Below are positions 25,089 through 35,484 of a stretch of 64,000 nucleotides of DNA, one piece after another. Position 1 is the first letter of the stretch. The number at the start of each line of letters is the position of its first letter. This stretch comes from Alphaproteobacteria bacterium. Lineage in GTDB: Bacteria; Pseudomonadota; Alphaproteobacteria; JAAXGF01. Location of the stretch: contig CAUVXB020000001.1 in the NCBI GenBank assembly GCA_963555825.3, positions 576,001 through 640,000 of the forward strand, written 5' to 3'. A program made the translations under genes and the position numbers. Below the pieces are notes generated by a model. That model saw only the letters and a program-made list of their open reading frames with translations, ran no database searches and was not told where the DNA came from.

Positions 25089-25394
25089 ATGGCGAAGAAG
25101 AGCGCAGTTGAGAAGAATTTGCGGCGCCAACGCATGGTCAACAAATATGCCGCGCGGCGCGCCAATCTCCTCGAGATGGCCAACGACAAGTCGTTGCCCC
25201 AGGAGGAGCGGTTCGCCGCCCGGCTCAAGCTGGCCGCGCTGCCGCGTGACGGGTCGAAGACGCGTGTCCGCAACCGGTGCGAGATTTCGGGCCGGCCGCG
25301 CGGCTATTACCGCAAATTCAAGATGTCCCGCATTGCGTTGCGCGATTTGGCGTCGGCCGGCCAGGTACCCGGCGTCGTCAAGGCGAGTTGGTAG
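25089..25394 (+). CDS. rpsN: 30S ribosomal protein S14
   Basis: [22 protein letters not shown]. Confidence 0.98.
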   Translation: MAKKSAVEKNLRRQRMVNKYAARRANLLEMANDKSLPQEERFAARLKLAALPRDGSKTRVRNRCEISGRPRGYYRKFKMSRIALRDLASAGQVPGVVKASW

Positions 25395-25407
25395 GGGAGG
25401 ACGCGAA

Positions 25408-25806
25408 ATGACTATGAGCGATCCCTTGGGCGATATGCTGACCCGCATCCGCAACGGCCAGCGCGCGAATTTGTCGTCGGTCGTCAGCCCGGCGTCAAAA
25501 ATCCGCGCCCGGGTTCTGGAAGTGTTGGTCCGCGAGGGCTATATCCGTGGCTATGAGAAGCAAGACTTCGACGGCGGCAAGAGCGCGCTGACGATCGAGC
25601 TCAAGTACACCGAGGGCGAGCCGGCGATCCGCGAGATCAGCCGCGTCTCGAAGCCGGGGCGCCGCGTCTACTCGCCGGTCAAGGACCTGCCGCGGGTTTA
25701 CAACGGGCTCGGTATCTCGATCCTCTCGACGCCGCGCGGCGTGATGTCGGATGGCGAGGCGCGCGAGGCGCACGTCGGCGGCGAAGTGCTCTGCACGGTA
25801 TTCTAG
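25408..25806 (+). CDS. rpsH: 30S ribosomal protein S8
   Basis: [27 protein letters not shown]. Confidence 0.98.
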   Translation: MTMSDPLGDMLTRIRNGQRANLSSVVSPASKIRARVLEVLVREGYIRGYEKQDFDGGKSALTIELKYTEGEPAIREISRVSKPGRRVYSPVKDLPRVYNGLGISILSTPRGVMSDGEAREAHVGGEVLCTVF

Positions 25807-25816
25807 GAGTCAGGTG

Positions 25817-26350
25817 ATGTCCCGAGTTGGCAAACATCCGGTCGCAATTCCCGCCGGCGTCGAGTTCGCGATGAACGACGCGCGGGTGACGATCAAGGGC
25901 AAGCTTGGCGAACTCCGCTCGCCGCAGCTGCCCGATGTCGACATCAGCGTCGAGGACTCTCAGATCTGGGTGCGGCCGAGCAACGACGGTAAACGGGCCC
26001 AGGCGATGTGGGGCACGGCGCGCAGCGTGATCGCCAATATGGTAGTCGGCGTCTCGGAGGGTTTCACCAAGCGGCTCGACATCAACGGCGTCGGTTACCG
26101 CGCAGCGGTCCAGGGCAAGACCCTCACGCTGCAGCTTGGCTATAGCCATGACATCGTCTATCCGGTACCGGAAGGCCTGACGATTACCTGCGAGCGGCCC
26201 AACCAGATCATGGTCTCCGGCGCCGATCGGCAGCGTGTTGGCCAGGCGGCGGCCGAGATCCGCGCGTTCCGCAAGCCCGAGCCCTACAAGGGCAAGGGTA
26301 TCAAATACGCCGACGAATGGGTCCGGCGCAAAGAAGGCAAGAAGAAGTAG
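25817..26350 (+). CDS. rplF: 50S ribosomal protein L6
   Basis: [20 protein letters not shown]. Confidence 0.98.
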   Translation: MSRVGKHPVAIPAGVEFAMNDARVTIKGKLGELRSPQLPDVDISVEDSQIWVRPSNDGKRAQAMWGTARSVIANMVVGVSEGFTKRLDINGVGYRAAVQGKTLTLQLGYSHDIVYPVPEGLTITCERPNQIMVSGADRQRVGQAAAEIRAFRKPEPYKGKGIKYADEWVRRKEGKKK

Positions 26351-26361
26351 GTGGCGCGATA

Positions 26362-26724
26362 ATGTCCAAAACACGGGATCTATACGTCCGACGCAAGCGA
26401 CGCGTTCGCGGCAGTCTCGCCAAGCGTGGCAAGGGGCGTCCGAGGCTCAGCGTGTTTCGCTCGTCGAAGCACATCTACGCGCAGGTCATCGACGATGCGA
26501 AGGGCGCCACACTCGTCGCGGCGTCGAGCATGGAAAAAGACCTGCGCGGCGCGCTGAAGACCGGCGCCGACAAGTCGGCGGCGGCGCGCGTCGGCGCGTT
26601 GATCGCCGAACGTGCCACGGCCGCCGGCGTCACCGACGTGGTCTTCGACCGCGGCGGCTGCATCTTTCACGGCCGCGTCAAGGCGCTGGCTGATTCGGCC
26701 CGCGAAGGCGGGCTGAACTTCTAA
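26362..26724 (+). CDS. rplR: 50S ribosomal protein L18
   Basis: [26 protein letters not shown]. Confidence 0.98.
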   Translation: MSKTRDLYVRRKRRVRGSLAKRGKGRPRLSVFRSSKHIYAQVIDDAKGATLVAASSMEKDLRGALKTGADKSAAARVGALIAERATAAGVTDVVFDRGGCIFHGRVKALADSAREGGLNF

Positions 26725-26736
26725 GGATCGATTGAT

Positions 26737-27285
26737 ATGGCATTCATGGACCGACGCGGGGCGGACGACGGCGACCTCGTCGACAAGCTGGTCAGCATCA
26801 ATCGCGTGGCCAAGGTGGTGAAGGGCGGGCGGCGTTTCGGCTTTGCCGCGCTCGTCGTGGTCGGCGACACCAAGGGGCGGGTCGGCTTCGGCTCGGGCAA
26901 GGCCCGGGAGGTACCCGAGGCAATCCGCAAGGCGACCGAGCAGGCCAAGCGCGAGTTGATCCGCGTGCCGCTGCGCGAAAGCCGGACGCTGCACCACGAC
27001 GTCACCGGGCACTTTGGCGCCGGCCGCGTTGTCCTGCGCACCGCGCCGCCGGGTACCGGTATCATCGCCGGCGGCCCGATGCGCGCCGTCTTCGAGACGC
27101 TCGGCGTGCGCGATGTCGTGACCAAATCGATTGGCACCTCGAACCCGCACAACATGGTGCGCGCCACCTTCGACGCGCTGACCAAGCTGCGCTCGCCGCG
27201 CCAGGTCGCGGCGCGCCGCGGCAAGAAAGTCAGCTACATCATCGGCCGGCGCGAGAAGACGCCGGCCAAGGACGCCAAGGAGTAG
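26737..27285 (+). CDS. rpsE: 30S ribosomal protein S5
   Basis: [23 protein letters not shown]. Confidence 0.98.
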   Translation: MAFMDRRGADDGDLVDKLVSINRVAKVVKGGRRFGFAALVVVGDTKGRVGFGSGKAREVPEAIRKATEQAKRELIRVPLRESRTLHHDVTGHFGAGRVVLRTAPPGTGIIAGGPMRAVFETLGVRDVVTKSIGTSNPHNMVRATFDALTKLRSPRQVAARRGKKVSYIIGRREKTPAKDAKE

Positions 27286-27289
27286 CGCG

Positions 27290-27484
27290 ATGTCGGCAGC
27301 CAAAAAGACGATCCGTGTCACGCAGACGGGCAGCCCGATCGGACGGCAGAGCAAACAGCGCCAGACGCTGATCGGCCTCGGCCTGAACAAGATGCACCGC
27401 ACGCGCGAGCTTGAAGACACGCCCGCGGTGCGCGGCATGGCTAACAAGATTTCACACCTCGTGCGTATCGAAGACGCCGAGTAG
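27290..27484 (+). CDS. rpmD: 50S ribosomal protein L30
   Basis: [20 protein letters not shown]. Confidence 0.96.
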   Translation: MSAAKKTIRVTQTGSPIGRQSKQRQTLIGLGLNKMHRTRELEDTPAVRGMANKISHLVRIEDAE

Positions 27485-27516
27485 GCCTGAAAAGCCGTAA
27501 TAAGGGTTGTAACGTT

Positions 27517-28038
27517 ATGAAACTGAACGAACTTTTCGACAATCCTGGCGCGCGTCAGGCGCCCAAGCGGGTCGGTCGCGGCATCGGCTCGGGGACCGGC
27601 AAGAGGTCGGGCCGTGGCGACAAGGGCCAGAAGTCGCGCAGTGGTGTGGCGATCAAGGGCTTCGAGGGCGGCCAGATGCCGATTTATCGGCGGTTGCCCA
27701 AGCGCGGCTTCACCAATCACCGCTTCGCCAAGACCTATGAGGTGGTCAACCTCGATCGCCTGCAACAGGCCATCGACGAAGGCCGCATCGACGCCAAGAA
27801 GCCGGTCGACCGCGCGGCGCTGATGGCCGCCGGGCTGGTCCGCAAGCAGCGCGACGACGGCGTGCGTCTGCTCGGCCGCGGTGAACTCAAGGCCAAACTC
27901 GACATCACGGTCGACGGCGCCTCGCGCACGGCGATTGCAGCGGTCGAGAAGGCCGGTGGAAAGCTGATCCTGCCCGTCGTGCCCGAAGCCGCGGCATCAT
28001 CAAAGGCCGAAGCAGCGGCCGAGACGCCAAAGGCCTAG
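27517..28038 (+). CDS. rplO: 50S ribosomal protein L15
   Basis: [27 protein letters not shown]. Confidence 0.98.
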   Translation: MKLNELFDNPGARQAPKRVGRGIGSGTGKRSGRGDKGQKSRSGVAIKGFEGGQMPIYRRLPKRGFTNHRFAKTYEVVNLDRLQQAIDEGRIDAKKPVDRAALMAAGLVRKQRDDGVRLLGRGELKAKLDITVDGASRTAIAAVEKAGGKLILPVVPEAAASSKAEAAAETPKA

Positions 28039-28052
28039 GCGGAAAACGATAC

Positions 28053-29393
28053 ATGGCATCGGCCGCAGAACAACTCGCCGCGAACCTCAACTTCGCCGCC
28101 CTTGGTAAGGCGACGGAGCTCAAGAAGCGTTTGTGGTTCACGCTCACCGTGCTGGTGATATATCGGCTCGGGACCTACATTCCGCTTCCGGGGATCGATC
28201 CGGCGATCCTGGAGGACATCTTCCAGCAGAACGCGGGCGGCATCCTGGGCATGTTCAACATGCTCGCCGGCGGTGCTTTGGGGCGCATGACGATCTTCGC
28301 CCTGAACATCATGCCGTACATCTCGGCATCGATCATCATCCAACTCTTGACGACCGTCTCGCCGCATCTCGAGCAGCTCAAGAAGGAAGGCGAGGCGGGC
28401 CGCAAGAAGATCAATCAGTACACGCGCTACGGCACGGTCCTTCTGGCGACGTTCCAGGCCTATGGTATCGCGGTCGGCGTCGAGGGCATGACCGGCTCGT
28501 CGGGCAGCGCGGTGATCGATCCTGGCATGTTCTTCCGCCTCTCAACGGTGATTACGCTGGTCGGCGGCACGATCTTCCTGATGTGGCTGGGTGAGCAGAT
28601 CACCGCGCGCGGCGTCGGCAACGGCATCTCGCTGATCATCTTCGCGGGCATCGTCGCCGAATTGCCGCGGGCGATCGCCGGCACACTCGAGCTCGGCCGC
28701 ACCGGCGCGCTGTCGGCGTTCTTCATCATCTTCCTGATGATCATGGTGGTTAGCGTCATCATGTTCATCGTCTTCATGGAGCGTGCCCAGCGACGCATCG
28801 TCGTGCAGTATCCGAAACGCCAGGTCGGCGCAAAGATGTTCGGCGGCGAAAGTTCACACCTGCCGCTCAAGCTCAACACGGCGGGTGTCATCCCGCCGAT
28901 CTTCGCCAGCTCGATCCTGCTGCTGCCATTGACGCTGGCGGGTTTCAGCGCGGGCCAGGGTCCCGAATGGCTGGGCATGCTTGCGGGATGGCTCGGCCGC
29001 GGCCAGCCGATGTTCATTTTGCTTTATATGTCGGGCATCATCTTCTTCTGCTTCTTCTATACGGCTGTCGTCTTCAATCCGGGCGACACGGCCGACAACC
29101 TGAAGAAATATGGCGGTTTCGTGCCCGGTATCCGGCCCGGCAAGAACACCGCGGAATATCTCGATTATGTCCTGACGCGGCTGACCTGCGTCGGCGCGGC
29201 CTATCTCGCCGCGGTCTGCCTACTTCCCGAGATTTTGATTTCGCAGTACTCCATCCCGTTCTACTTCGGCGGCACGTCGCTGCTGATCGTCGTGACGGTG
29301 ACCATGGACACGGTTGGCCAGATCCATTCGCATCTGCTTGCGCATCAGTACGAGGGCCTGATCAAGAAGGCCAAGTTGCGGGGGCGGCGCTAA
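28053..29393 (+). CDS. secY: Preprotein translocase subunit SecY
   Basis: IMPYISASII, WLGEQIT, GIRPG, FGGTSLLI. Confidence 0.99.
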   Translation: MASAAEQLAANLNFAALGKATELKKRLWFTLTVLVIYRLGTYIPLPGIDPAILEDIFQQNAGGILGMFNMLAGGALGRMTIFALNIMPYISASIIIQLLTTVSPHLEQLKKEGEAGRKKINQYTRYGTVLLATFQAYGIAVGVEGMTGSSGSAVIDPGMFFRLSTVITLVGGTIFLMWLGEQITARGVGNGISLIIFAGIVAELPRAIAGTLELGRTGALSAFFIIFLMIMVVSVIMFIVFMERAQRRIVVQYPKRQVGAKMFGGESSHLPLKLNTAGVIPPIFASSILLLPLTLAGFSAGQGPEWLGMLAGWLGRGQPMFILLYMSGIIFFCFFYTAVVFNPGDTADNLKKYGGFVPGIRPGKNTAEYLDYVLTRLTCVGAAYLAAVCLLPEILISQYSIPFYFGGTSLLIVVTVTMDTVGQIHSHLLAHQYEGLIKKAKLRGRR

Positions 29394-30052
29394 TGAACCT
29401 GATCATTTTGGGCCCACCCGGCGCCGGCAAGGGTACTCAGGCGAAGCGCCTGGAGAGTGCCTATGGCCTGGTACAGCTCTCGACCGGCGACATGCTGCGT
29501 GCCGCGGTCGCCGCCGGCACCGAGATCGGCAAGCAGGCCAAGGCGGTGATGGAAGCCGGCGATCTGGTCTCGGACGACATCGTCGTCTCGATCATCGCCG
29601 AGCGCATCGCCGAGCCCGACTGCGCGAGCGGTTTCATCCTCGACGGTTTTCCGCGCACCGTGGCCCAGGCCGAGGCACTCGACGCCATGCTGACCACGCG
29701 CAACGAGCATATCGACGGCGTGCTCGAGATGACGGTCGATGACGACGCGGTGGTCGGACGCATCGCAGGCCGCTTCTCCTGCACCAATTGCGGCGCCGCA
29801 TACAACGACCAGCTCAACCGCCCCAAGGTCGAGAATGTCTGCGACCTGTGCGGCGCCAGCGCGTTCACAAGACGCAAGGACGACAACGCCGAGACCATGG
29901 GCGCGCGGCTCGCCGCCTACCACGCCCAAACCGCCCCGCTGCTGCCGTACTACGCGGCGCGCGGCGTGCTGCGGTCGGTCGACGGCATGGCCGACATCGA
30001 CGCGGTCACGCGCCAGCTTCGCGTTGTCGTTAACGCCATCGGAGAGAATTGA
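29393..30052 (+). CDS. adk: Adenylate kinase (four-Cys LID)
   Basis: GPPGAGKGTQA, LSTGDMLR, LDGFPRT, CTNC...CDLC. Confidence 0.98.
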   Translation: MNLIILGPPGAGKGTQAKRLESAYGLVQLSTGDMLRAAVAAGTEIGKQAKAVMEAGDLVSDDIVVSIIAERIAEPDCASGFILDGFPRTVAQAEALDAMLTTRNEHIDGVLEMTVDDDAVVGRIAGRFSCTNCGAAYNDQLNRPKVENVCDLCGASAFTRRKDDNAETMGARLAAYHAQTAPLLPYYAARGVLRSVDGMADIDAVTRQLRVVVNAIGEN

Positions 30053-30076
30053 CTTGCACCGCTACATTCATATAAT
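30049..30076 (+). promoter_or_regulatory. sigma70-type promoter of the alpha operon
   Basis: TTGACT-16 nt-TATAAT upstream of rpsM. Confidence 0.7.
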
Positions 30077-30151
30077 CGCGCTCCGCTCCCACCGGGCTCC
30101 ATGCCGGGCCGTTGCGGGGAACGATTTGCCCTCAGTTAAGGAGACTTAGCC

Positions 30152-30520
30152 GTGGCCCGCATCGCCGGCGTCAACATACCCACGAACAAGCGCGTCGAAA
30201 TCGCGTTGACCTACATCTTTGGCATTGGTCCCACCAAGTCGCGTGAGATTTGCCAGAAGGTCGGCATTCCACTCGAGCGCCGCGTCAACCAGCTTGCCGA
30301 TGCCGATGTGATTCGCATCCGCGAGGTCATCGACCTGGACTACTGGGTCGAAGGCGATCTCAGGCGCGAAGTCGCGATGAACATCAAGCGACTGATGGAC
30401 ATGGGCTGCTATCGCGGCCTGCGCCATCGCCGCGGCCTGCCGGTGCGCGGCCAGCGCACCCACACCAACGCGCGCACCCGCAAGGGCCCGGCGCGGCCGA
30501 TCGCCGGCAGAAAGAAGTAG
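30152..30520 (+). CDS. rpsM: 30S ribosomal protein S13
   Basis: [27 protein letters not shown]. Confidence 0.99.
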   Translation: MARIAGVNIPTNKRVEIALTYIFGIGPTKSREICQKVGIPLERRVNQLADADVIRIREVIDLDYWVEGDLRREVAMNIKRLMDMGCYRGLRHRRGLPVRGQRTHTNARTRKGPARPIAGRKK

Positions 30521-30529
30521 GGGGCCAGC

Positions 30530-30922
30530 ATGGCGAAGGAACAGGCAGCCCGCGTCAAGCGCCGCGAACGGAAGAACATTTCATCGGGCGTGGCGCATGT
30601 CAACGCGACGTTCAACAACACGATCATCACCATCACCGACGCCCAGGGCAATACGATCTCATGGGCATCGGCGGGGAGCCAGGGTTTCAAGGGGTCGCGT
30701 AAATCGACACCCTACGCTGCCCAGATGGCGGCCGAGAACGCCGGAACCAAGGCGCAGGAACACGGCATGAAGACGATCGAGGTCGAGGTGAGGGGCCCCG
30801 GTTCGGGCCGTGAATCGGCACTGCGCGCTTTGCAGACCGTCGGCTTCACGATCACCGCGATCCGCGACGTAAGCCGGATACCGCACAACGGCTGCCGGCC
30901 GCCGAAACGCCGCCGCGTGTAG
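30530..30922 (+). CDS. rpsK: 30S ribosomal protein S11
   Basis: [33 protein letters not shown]. Confidence 0.99.
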   Translation: MAKEQAARVKRRERKNISSGVAHVNATFNNTIITITDAQGNTISWASAGSQGFKGSRKSTPYAAQMAAENAGTKAQEHGMKTIEVEVRGPGSGRESALRALQTVGFTITAIRDVSRIPHNGCRPPKRRRV

Positions 30923-31017
30923 CGATGGCAGCCGCGGCGCCGCCGCGGCCTGAGAATAGCTGGCGTATTGAAAAGGTGGCGGACGCGACGTCCGCCCGAG
31001 CTCGTGAGGATATCTCC

Positions 31018-32034
31018 GTGATCCAGAAGAATTGGCAGGAATTGATCAAACCGTCGAAGCTGAACATCGAGGCCGGCAAAGACGCCGAGCGCGAGGCGAC
31101 GATCGTTGCCGAACCGCTCGAACGCGGCTTCGGGCTGACGCTCGGCAACGCCTTGCGTCGCGTGCTCCTGTCGTCCCTGCAAGGCGCCGCAGTGAGCTCG
31201 ATCCAGATCGATGGCGTGCTACACGAATTCTCTTCGCTTCCCGGTGTGCGCGAGGACATTACCGACATCGTCCTGAACGTCAAATCGATGGGGTTGCGCA
31301 TGCATGGCGAAGGTCCCAAACGCATGTCGCTCGAGGCGACCGGCCCTGGCGAAATCACCGCCGGTGCCATCGACACGGGCCACGACATCGAGATCATGGA
31401 TACCGACCACCACATCTGCACACTCGACGAGGGCGCCAGCCTGACGATGGAGATGACGGTCGAGACCGGCAAGGGCTATGTCGCGGCGACGCAGAACCGC
31501 AGCGAAGACGCGCCGATCGGCCTGATCCCGGTCGACTCGCTGTTCAGTCCGGTGCGCAAGGTCGCGTATAAGGTCGAGAACGCGCGCGTCGGCCAGGTCA
31601 CCGACTACGACAAGCTTTTGATGCAGGTCGAGACCAATGGTGCGGTAGGGCCCGAGGACGCCGTGGCGCTCGCCGCGCGCATCCTGCAGGACCAGTTGCA
31701 GCTGTTCGTCAACTTCGACGAGCCAAGTGTCGCCGTCACCGATGAGCAAGCACCCGAGCCGGCGTTCAATCCGAACCTCCTGCGCAAGGTCGACGAACTC
31801 GAGCTTTCGGTCCGTTCGGCCAACTGCCTGAAGAACGACAATATCGTCTACATCGGCGATCTCGTTCAAAAGTCCGAACAGGAAATGCTCAGGACACCGA
31901 ACTTCGGCCGCAAGTCGCTGAACGAGATCAAGGAGGTGCTGGCGCAGATGGGCCTGCACCTCGGTATGGAAGTCGCCAATTGGCCGCCCGAAAACGTCGA
32001 GGATATGGCCAAGCGTCTCGACGAGCCGTTTTAG
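31018..32034 (+). CDS. rpoA: RNA polymerase alpha subunit
   Basis: GTG after GAGGA; [29 protein letters not shown]. Confidence 0.98.
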   Translation: MIQKNWQELIKPSKLNIEAGKDAEREATIVAEPLERGFGLTLGNALRRVLLSSLQGAAVSSIQIDGVLHEFSSLPGVREDITDIVLNVKSMGLRMHGEGPKRMSLEATGPGEITAGAIDTGHDIEIMDTDHHICTLDEGASLTMEMTVETGKGYVAATQNRSEDAPIGLIPVDSLFSPVRKVAYKVENARVGQVTDYDKLLMQVETNGAVGPEDAVALAARILQDQLQLFVNFDEPSVAVTDEQAPEPAFNPNLLRKVDELELSVRSANCLKNDNIVYIGDLVQKSEQEMLRTPNFGRKSLNEIKEVLAQMGLHLGMEVANWPPENVEDMAKRLDEPF

Positions 32035-32073
32035 TCGCGTCCCCGGGATCGCGACGGTTAGAAGGAGTCGGTC

Positions 32074-32496
32074 ATGCGTCATGGCAACAGCGGTCGTAAG
32101 CTCAACCGCACGTCGAGCCACCGCAAGGCGATGTTCGCCAATATGGCGGTCGCTCTGCTCAAGCACGAGCAAATCACAACGACCTTGCCCAAGGCCAAGG
32201 AGCTGCGCGGCATCGTCGACCGGCTCATCACGCTCGGCAAGCGGGGCGGCCTGCATGCGCGGCGTCAGGCGATCGCCAGGCTTGGTGACGAGAAGATCGC
32301 CGACAAGCTGTTTACCACGCTCGGCCCGCGTTATACCGAGCGCGCCGGCGGTTATACCCGCGTGTTGCGCGCCGGTTTCCGTTATGGCGATTCGGCGCCG
32401 ATGGCGATCATCGAGCTGGTTGATCGCGACCCCGAAGCAAAGGGCCTCGATTCAGGCCCCGTCATGGATGACGACGCGGACGAGAACGAAGAATAA
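32074..32496 (+). CDS. rplQ: 50S ribosomal protein L17
   Basis: [20 protein letters not shown]. Confidence 0.98.
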   Translation: MRHGNSGRKLNRTSSHRKAMFANMAVALLKHEQITTTLPKAKELRGIVDRLITLGKRGGLHARRQAIARLGDEKIADKLFTTLGPRYTERAGGYTRVLRAGFRYGDSAPMAIIELVDRDPEAKGLDSGPVMDDDADENEE

Positions 32497-32509
32497 GCCC
32501 CGGCGATCG

Positions 32510-32826
32510 CTAGCCCGGACTTCTCACTATGGACAGGCGCGTCATCGCGTCGGGCGGTCGCCGAGCCGCCAGGAGAAGGCCGCTGAGCGTGGCCTGGGCT
32601 ACGCGCAAGGCCTTCGACGCCGCGGGCGGCCCGCCCGGCGCGACCCTTAAGGGCGGCGGATCCCGGACGACAGGCGGCGTCGAAGCGCTTGCCCGCCTGC
32701 CTGCGCGAAGCCGGAGCTTCGCTTCGGCGAAGGCAGGATGCGCAAGCATCGCGCGGCACGCATTTCCTAGCCTGTCGGCCGATATCCGCCGTGCCGCACC
32801 TGTCCATAGTGAGAAGGCCGGGCTAG
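32510..32826. mobile_element. MITE-like structured element A (317 bp, CTAG ends)
   Basis: 32-bp terminal inverted repeats CTAGCCCGG(A/C)CTTCTCACTATGGACAGG(C/T)GCG with 2 mismatches; no transposase; internal nested stems. Confidence 0.8.
32696..32737. repeat. 42-bp REP-like palindrome nested in element A
   Basis: CCTGCCT...AGGCAGG outer stem with internal CGAAGC/GCTTCG pairing. Confidence 0.7.
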
Positions 32827-32857
32827 GGCGCCGCTTGCCGCGGCCGAGGGCGATCGC

Positions 32858-34174
32858 ATGACGACGTTGTTCGAGGCTCAGGCGCCGCGTCCACTCGCCG
32901 ATCGACTGCGCCCCAAATCACTTGCCGAGGTCGTCGGCCAGGACCATCTGATCGGCGCCGACGGCCCGATCGGGCGGATGCTCGCCGAGCGGCGTCTGGC
33001 CTCGATGATCCTGTGGGGACCGCCGGGCTCCGGCAAGACGACCATCGCCCGGTTGCTCGCCGATCACACCGATTTCGTCTTCGCGCCATTATCGGCGGTG
33101 TTCTCGGGTGTCGCCGATCTGCGCAAGGTGTTCGCCGCCGCGGCCGAGCGCCGCAAGGACGGCAAGGGCACGTTGCTGTTCATCGACGAAATCCACCGCT
33201 TCAACCGCGCCCAACAGGACGGTCTTCTTCCGCATGTCGAGGACGGCACCGTCATATTGGTCGGCGCGACGACCGAGAACCCGTCGTTCGAGCTGATCGG
33301 CGCGCTGCAGTCGCGCTGCCAGGTCTATGTACTCGAACGGCTCGGCGCCGCCGCGTTGGAAACGCTGCTCCAGCGCGCCGAGGTCGAGGAAGGGCGGGCG
33401 CTGCCGCTCGACGACGACGCGCGCGCGGGCTTGTGCGAGATGGCCGACGGCGACGGCCGCTTCGCGCTCAACTTGGCCGAGGAGCTGCTCGCGCTGGCGC
33501 CCGGCCAGATGCTCGATCGCGCCCAGCTGGCCGAGGTCGTACAGAAACGCGTGCCGCTCTACGACAAGGCGCAGGAGGGGCACTACAACCTGATCTCGGC
33601 GCTGCACAAGTCGCTGCGCGGTTCCGACACCGACGCCGCGCTCTACTGGCTCGCACGCATGCTCGATGCCGGCGAGGCGCCGCTCTATATCGCGCGCCGC
33701 ATGGTGCGCTTTGCCTCCGAGGACATCGGTCTGGCCGATCCGCAGGCGCTGATGCAGGCGCTCGCGGCCAAGGAGACTTACGACTTCCTGGGTTCGCCCG
33801 AGGGCGAACTGGCGCTTGCCCAGGCGTGCATCTACCTCGCCTCGGCGCCCAAGTCGAATGCCGCATACCGGGCCTACGGCGGCGCCAGACGGGCGGCCCG
33901 CGAACACGGTTCGCTGATGCCGCCCAAGCATATCCTGAACGCGCCGACCCGGTTGATGAAGGAACTCGGCTACGGCGACGGCTATGCCTACGATCACGAC
34001 ACGCCCGAGGGCTTCTCGGGGCAAGACTATTTCCCCGAGGACATGGCGCGCGAGCGCTATTATCGGCCCGGCGAGCGTGGCTTCGAGCGCGACATTGCCA
34101 AGCGCCTCGAGTATTGGCGCAAGCTGCGCGAGAAACTTGCCGACGACGGTGGCGACGGGGAGGACAGTTCGTGA
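32858..34174 (+). CDS. rarA: Replication-associated recombination protein A (MgsA/RarA AAA+ ATPase)
   Basis: PLADRLRP, WGPPGSGKTT, FIDEIHRFN, ISALHKSLRGSD, YAYDHD. Confidence 0.96.
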   Translation: MTTLFEAQAPRPLADRLRPKSLAEVVGQDHLIGADGPIGRMLAERRLASMILWGPPGSGKTTIARLLADHTDFVFAPLSAVFSGVADLRKVFAAAAERRKDGKGTLLFIDEIHRFNRAQQDGLLPHVEDGTVILVGATTENPSFELIGALQSRCQVYVLERLGAAALETLLQRAEVEEGRALPLDDDARAGLCEMADGDGRFALNLAEELLALAPGQMLDRAQLAEVVQKRVPLYDKAQEGHYNLISALHKSLRGSDTDAALYWLARMLDAGEAPLYIARRMVRFASEDIGLADPQALMQALAAKETYDFLGSPEGELALAQACIYLASAPKSNAAYRAYGGARRAAREHGSLMPPKHILNAPTRLMKELGYGDGYAYDHDTPEGFSGQDYFPEDMARERYYRPGERGFERDIAKRLEYWRKLREKLADDGGDGEDSS

Positions 34175-34217
34175 CGACCGGCATGCGTAGGGGCCGCACC
34201 GGCGCGGGGCGGCCGGA

Positions 34218-35480
34218 ATGATCGTCAGCATCGCCGAACTCCTCATCCTCGGCATCGTCGTCGATTGGGCCTTTCGCAGGCTTTCGGTCCCCGGGTTGGT
34301 GGGGATGCTGCTGCTGGGCGTGTTGCTCGGGCCTTTCGCCCTGCAATGGGTCAGCCCCGAGCTGCTCGAGGTCTCCAACGATTTTCGTCTGATCGCCTTG
34401 ATCGTCATCCTGCTCAGGGCGGGCTTCGAGCTGAGCAAGGAGACGCTGAACCGGGTCGGCGGTCGGGTGCTGCTGCTGTCCGCCGTGCCGGCTATCATCG
34501 AAGGCGCCGCCATCACCCTGCTGGGGCCACCGCTGCTCGGCCTCGGCTATCTCGAGTCTGCGATGCTGGGCTCGATCCTGGCGGCGGTGTCGCCGGCGGT
34601 CGTGGTGCCGCTGATGATCCGTTTCATGGAGCGTGGCATGGGCGCGGTGAAAGGCATCCCGACCATGGTGCTGGCGGCGTCGGCCATCGACGACGTCTTC
34701 GTCATCGTCGTCTTCAGCGTCTTCCTCGGCATCTACACCGGAAACAGTGCCAGCATCGCCTGGCAGCTGGCCGGCATCCCGATCTCCATCCTGCTCGGCA
34801 TTGCCGTCGGCCTGGCGGTCGGCCTAGCCCTCTTCCGGCTCTACCGGCACTTCGACCCGCGCGCCACCAAGCGCGTGCTGATCATGCTGGGGCTTTCGGT
34901 CCTGCTGGTCAGGGCCGAACATTTCATGGCCGGCTGGCTGCCCTTCGCCAGCCTGCTCGCGGTCATGGCCATGGGCTTCATCATCCTCGAGAAGGACGAG
35001 CACATGGCCCACGTGATATCGGCCAAGCTGGGCAAGATATGGGTCTTCGCCGAGATCGTGCTGTTCACCATGGTCGGTGCCGACGTCGACGTGAACGTGG
35101 CGCTGGAGGCGGGCCTCGCCGGCGCCGTGATTATTGCGATCGGCCTGGTGGCGCGCAGCGCCGGCACTTGGCTCTGCCTGATCGGCAGCGACCTGACAGG
35201 GCCCGAGCGCCTGTTCGTGGTCGTCGCCTACCTGCCCAAGGCGACCGTCCAGGCCGCCATCGGCGGCGCGCCGCTGGCCGCGATGCATCTCGCCGGCATG
35301 AACACCGGGCCGGGCGAAGTCATCCTGGCGGTCGCGGTGCTGAGCATCTTGTTGACCGCGCCATTGGGGGCCTGGGCCATCGTCATCACCGGCGAGCGGG
35401 TCCTCGAGGTGGCGCCGCCATCGGTGCACGACGCCCGGGACGCGGTAATCGAGAGCGAAGGCGAAACGGAGCAGGCGTAG
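34218..35480 (+). CDS. Cation:proton antiporter (CPA superfamily, NHA2-like)
   Basis: About 12 hydrophobic helices; LIVILLRAG, AAVSPAVVVP, ASAIDDV, PKATVQAAIG, ILLTAPLG. Confidence 0.88.
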   Translation: MIVSIAELLILGIVVDWAFRRLSVPGLVGMLLLGVLLGPFALQWVSPELLEVSNDFRLIALIVILLRAGFELSKETLNRVGGRVLLLSAVPAIIEGAAITLLGPPLLGLGYLESAMLGSILAAVSPAVVVPLMIRFMERGMGAVKGIPTMVLAASAIDDVFVIVVFSVFLGIYTGNSASIAWQLAGIPISILLGIAVGLAVGLALFRLYRHFDPRATKRVLIMLGLSVLLVRAEHFMAGWLPFASLLAVMAMGFIILEKDEHMAHVISAKLGKIWVFAEIVLFTMVGADVDVNVALEAGLAGAVIIAIGLVARSAGTWLCLIGSDLTGPERLFVVVAYLPKATVQAAIGGAPLAAMHLAGMNTGPGEVILAVAVLSILLTAPLGAWAIVITGERVLEVAPPSVHDARDAVIESEGETEQA

Positions 35481-35484
35481 AGCG

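Noticed and set aside
29393-32496. Absence of infA, rpmJ and rpsD from the spc/alpha cluster
   Set aside because: This is the normal arrangement in alphaproteobacteria.
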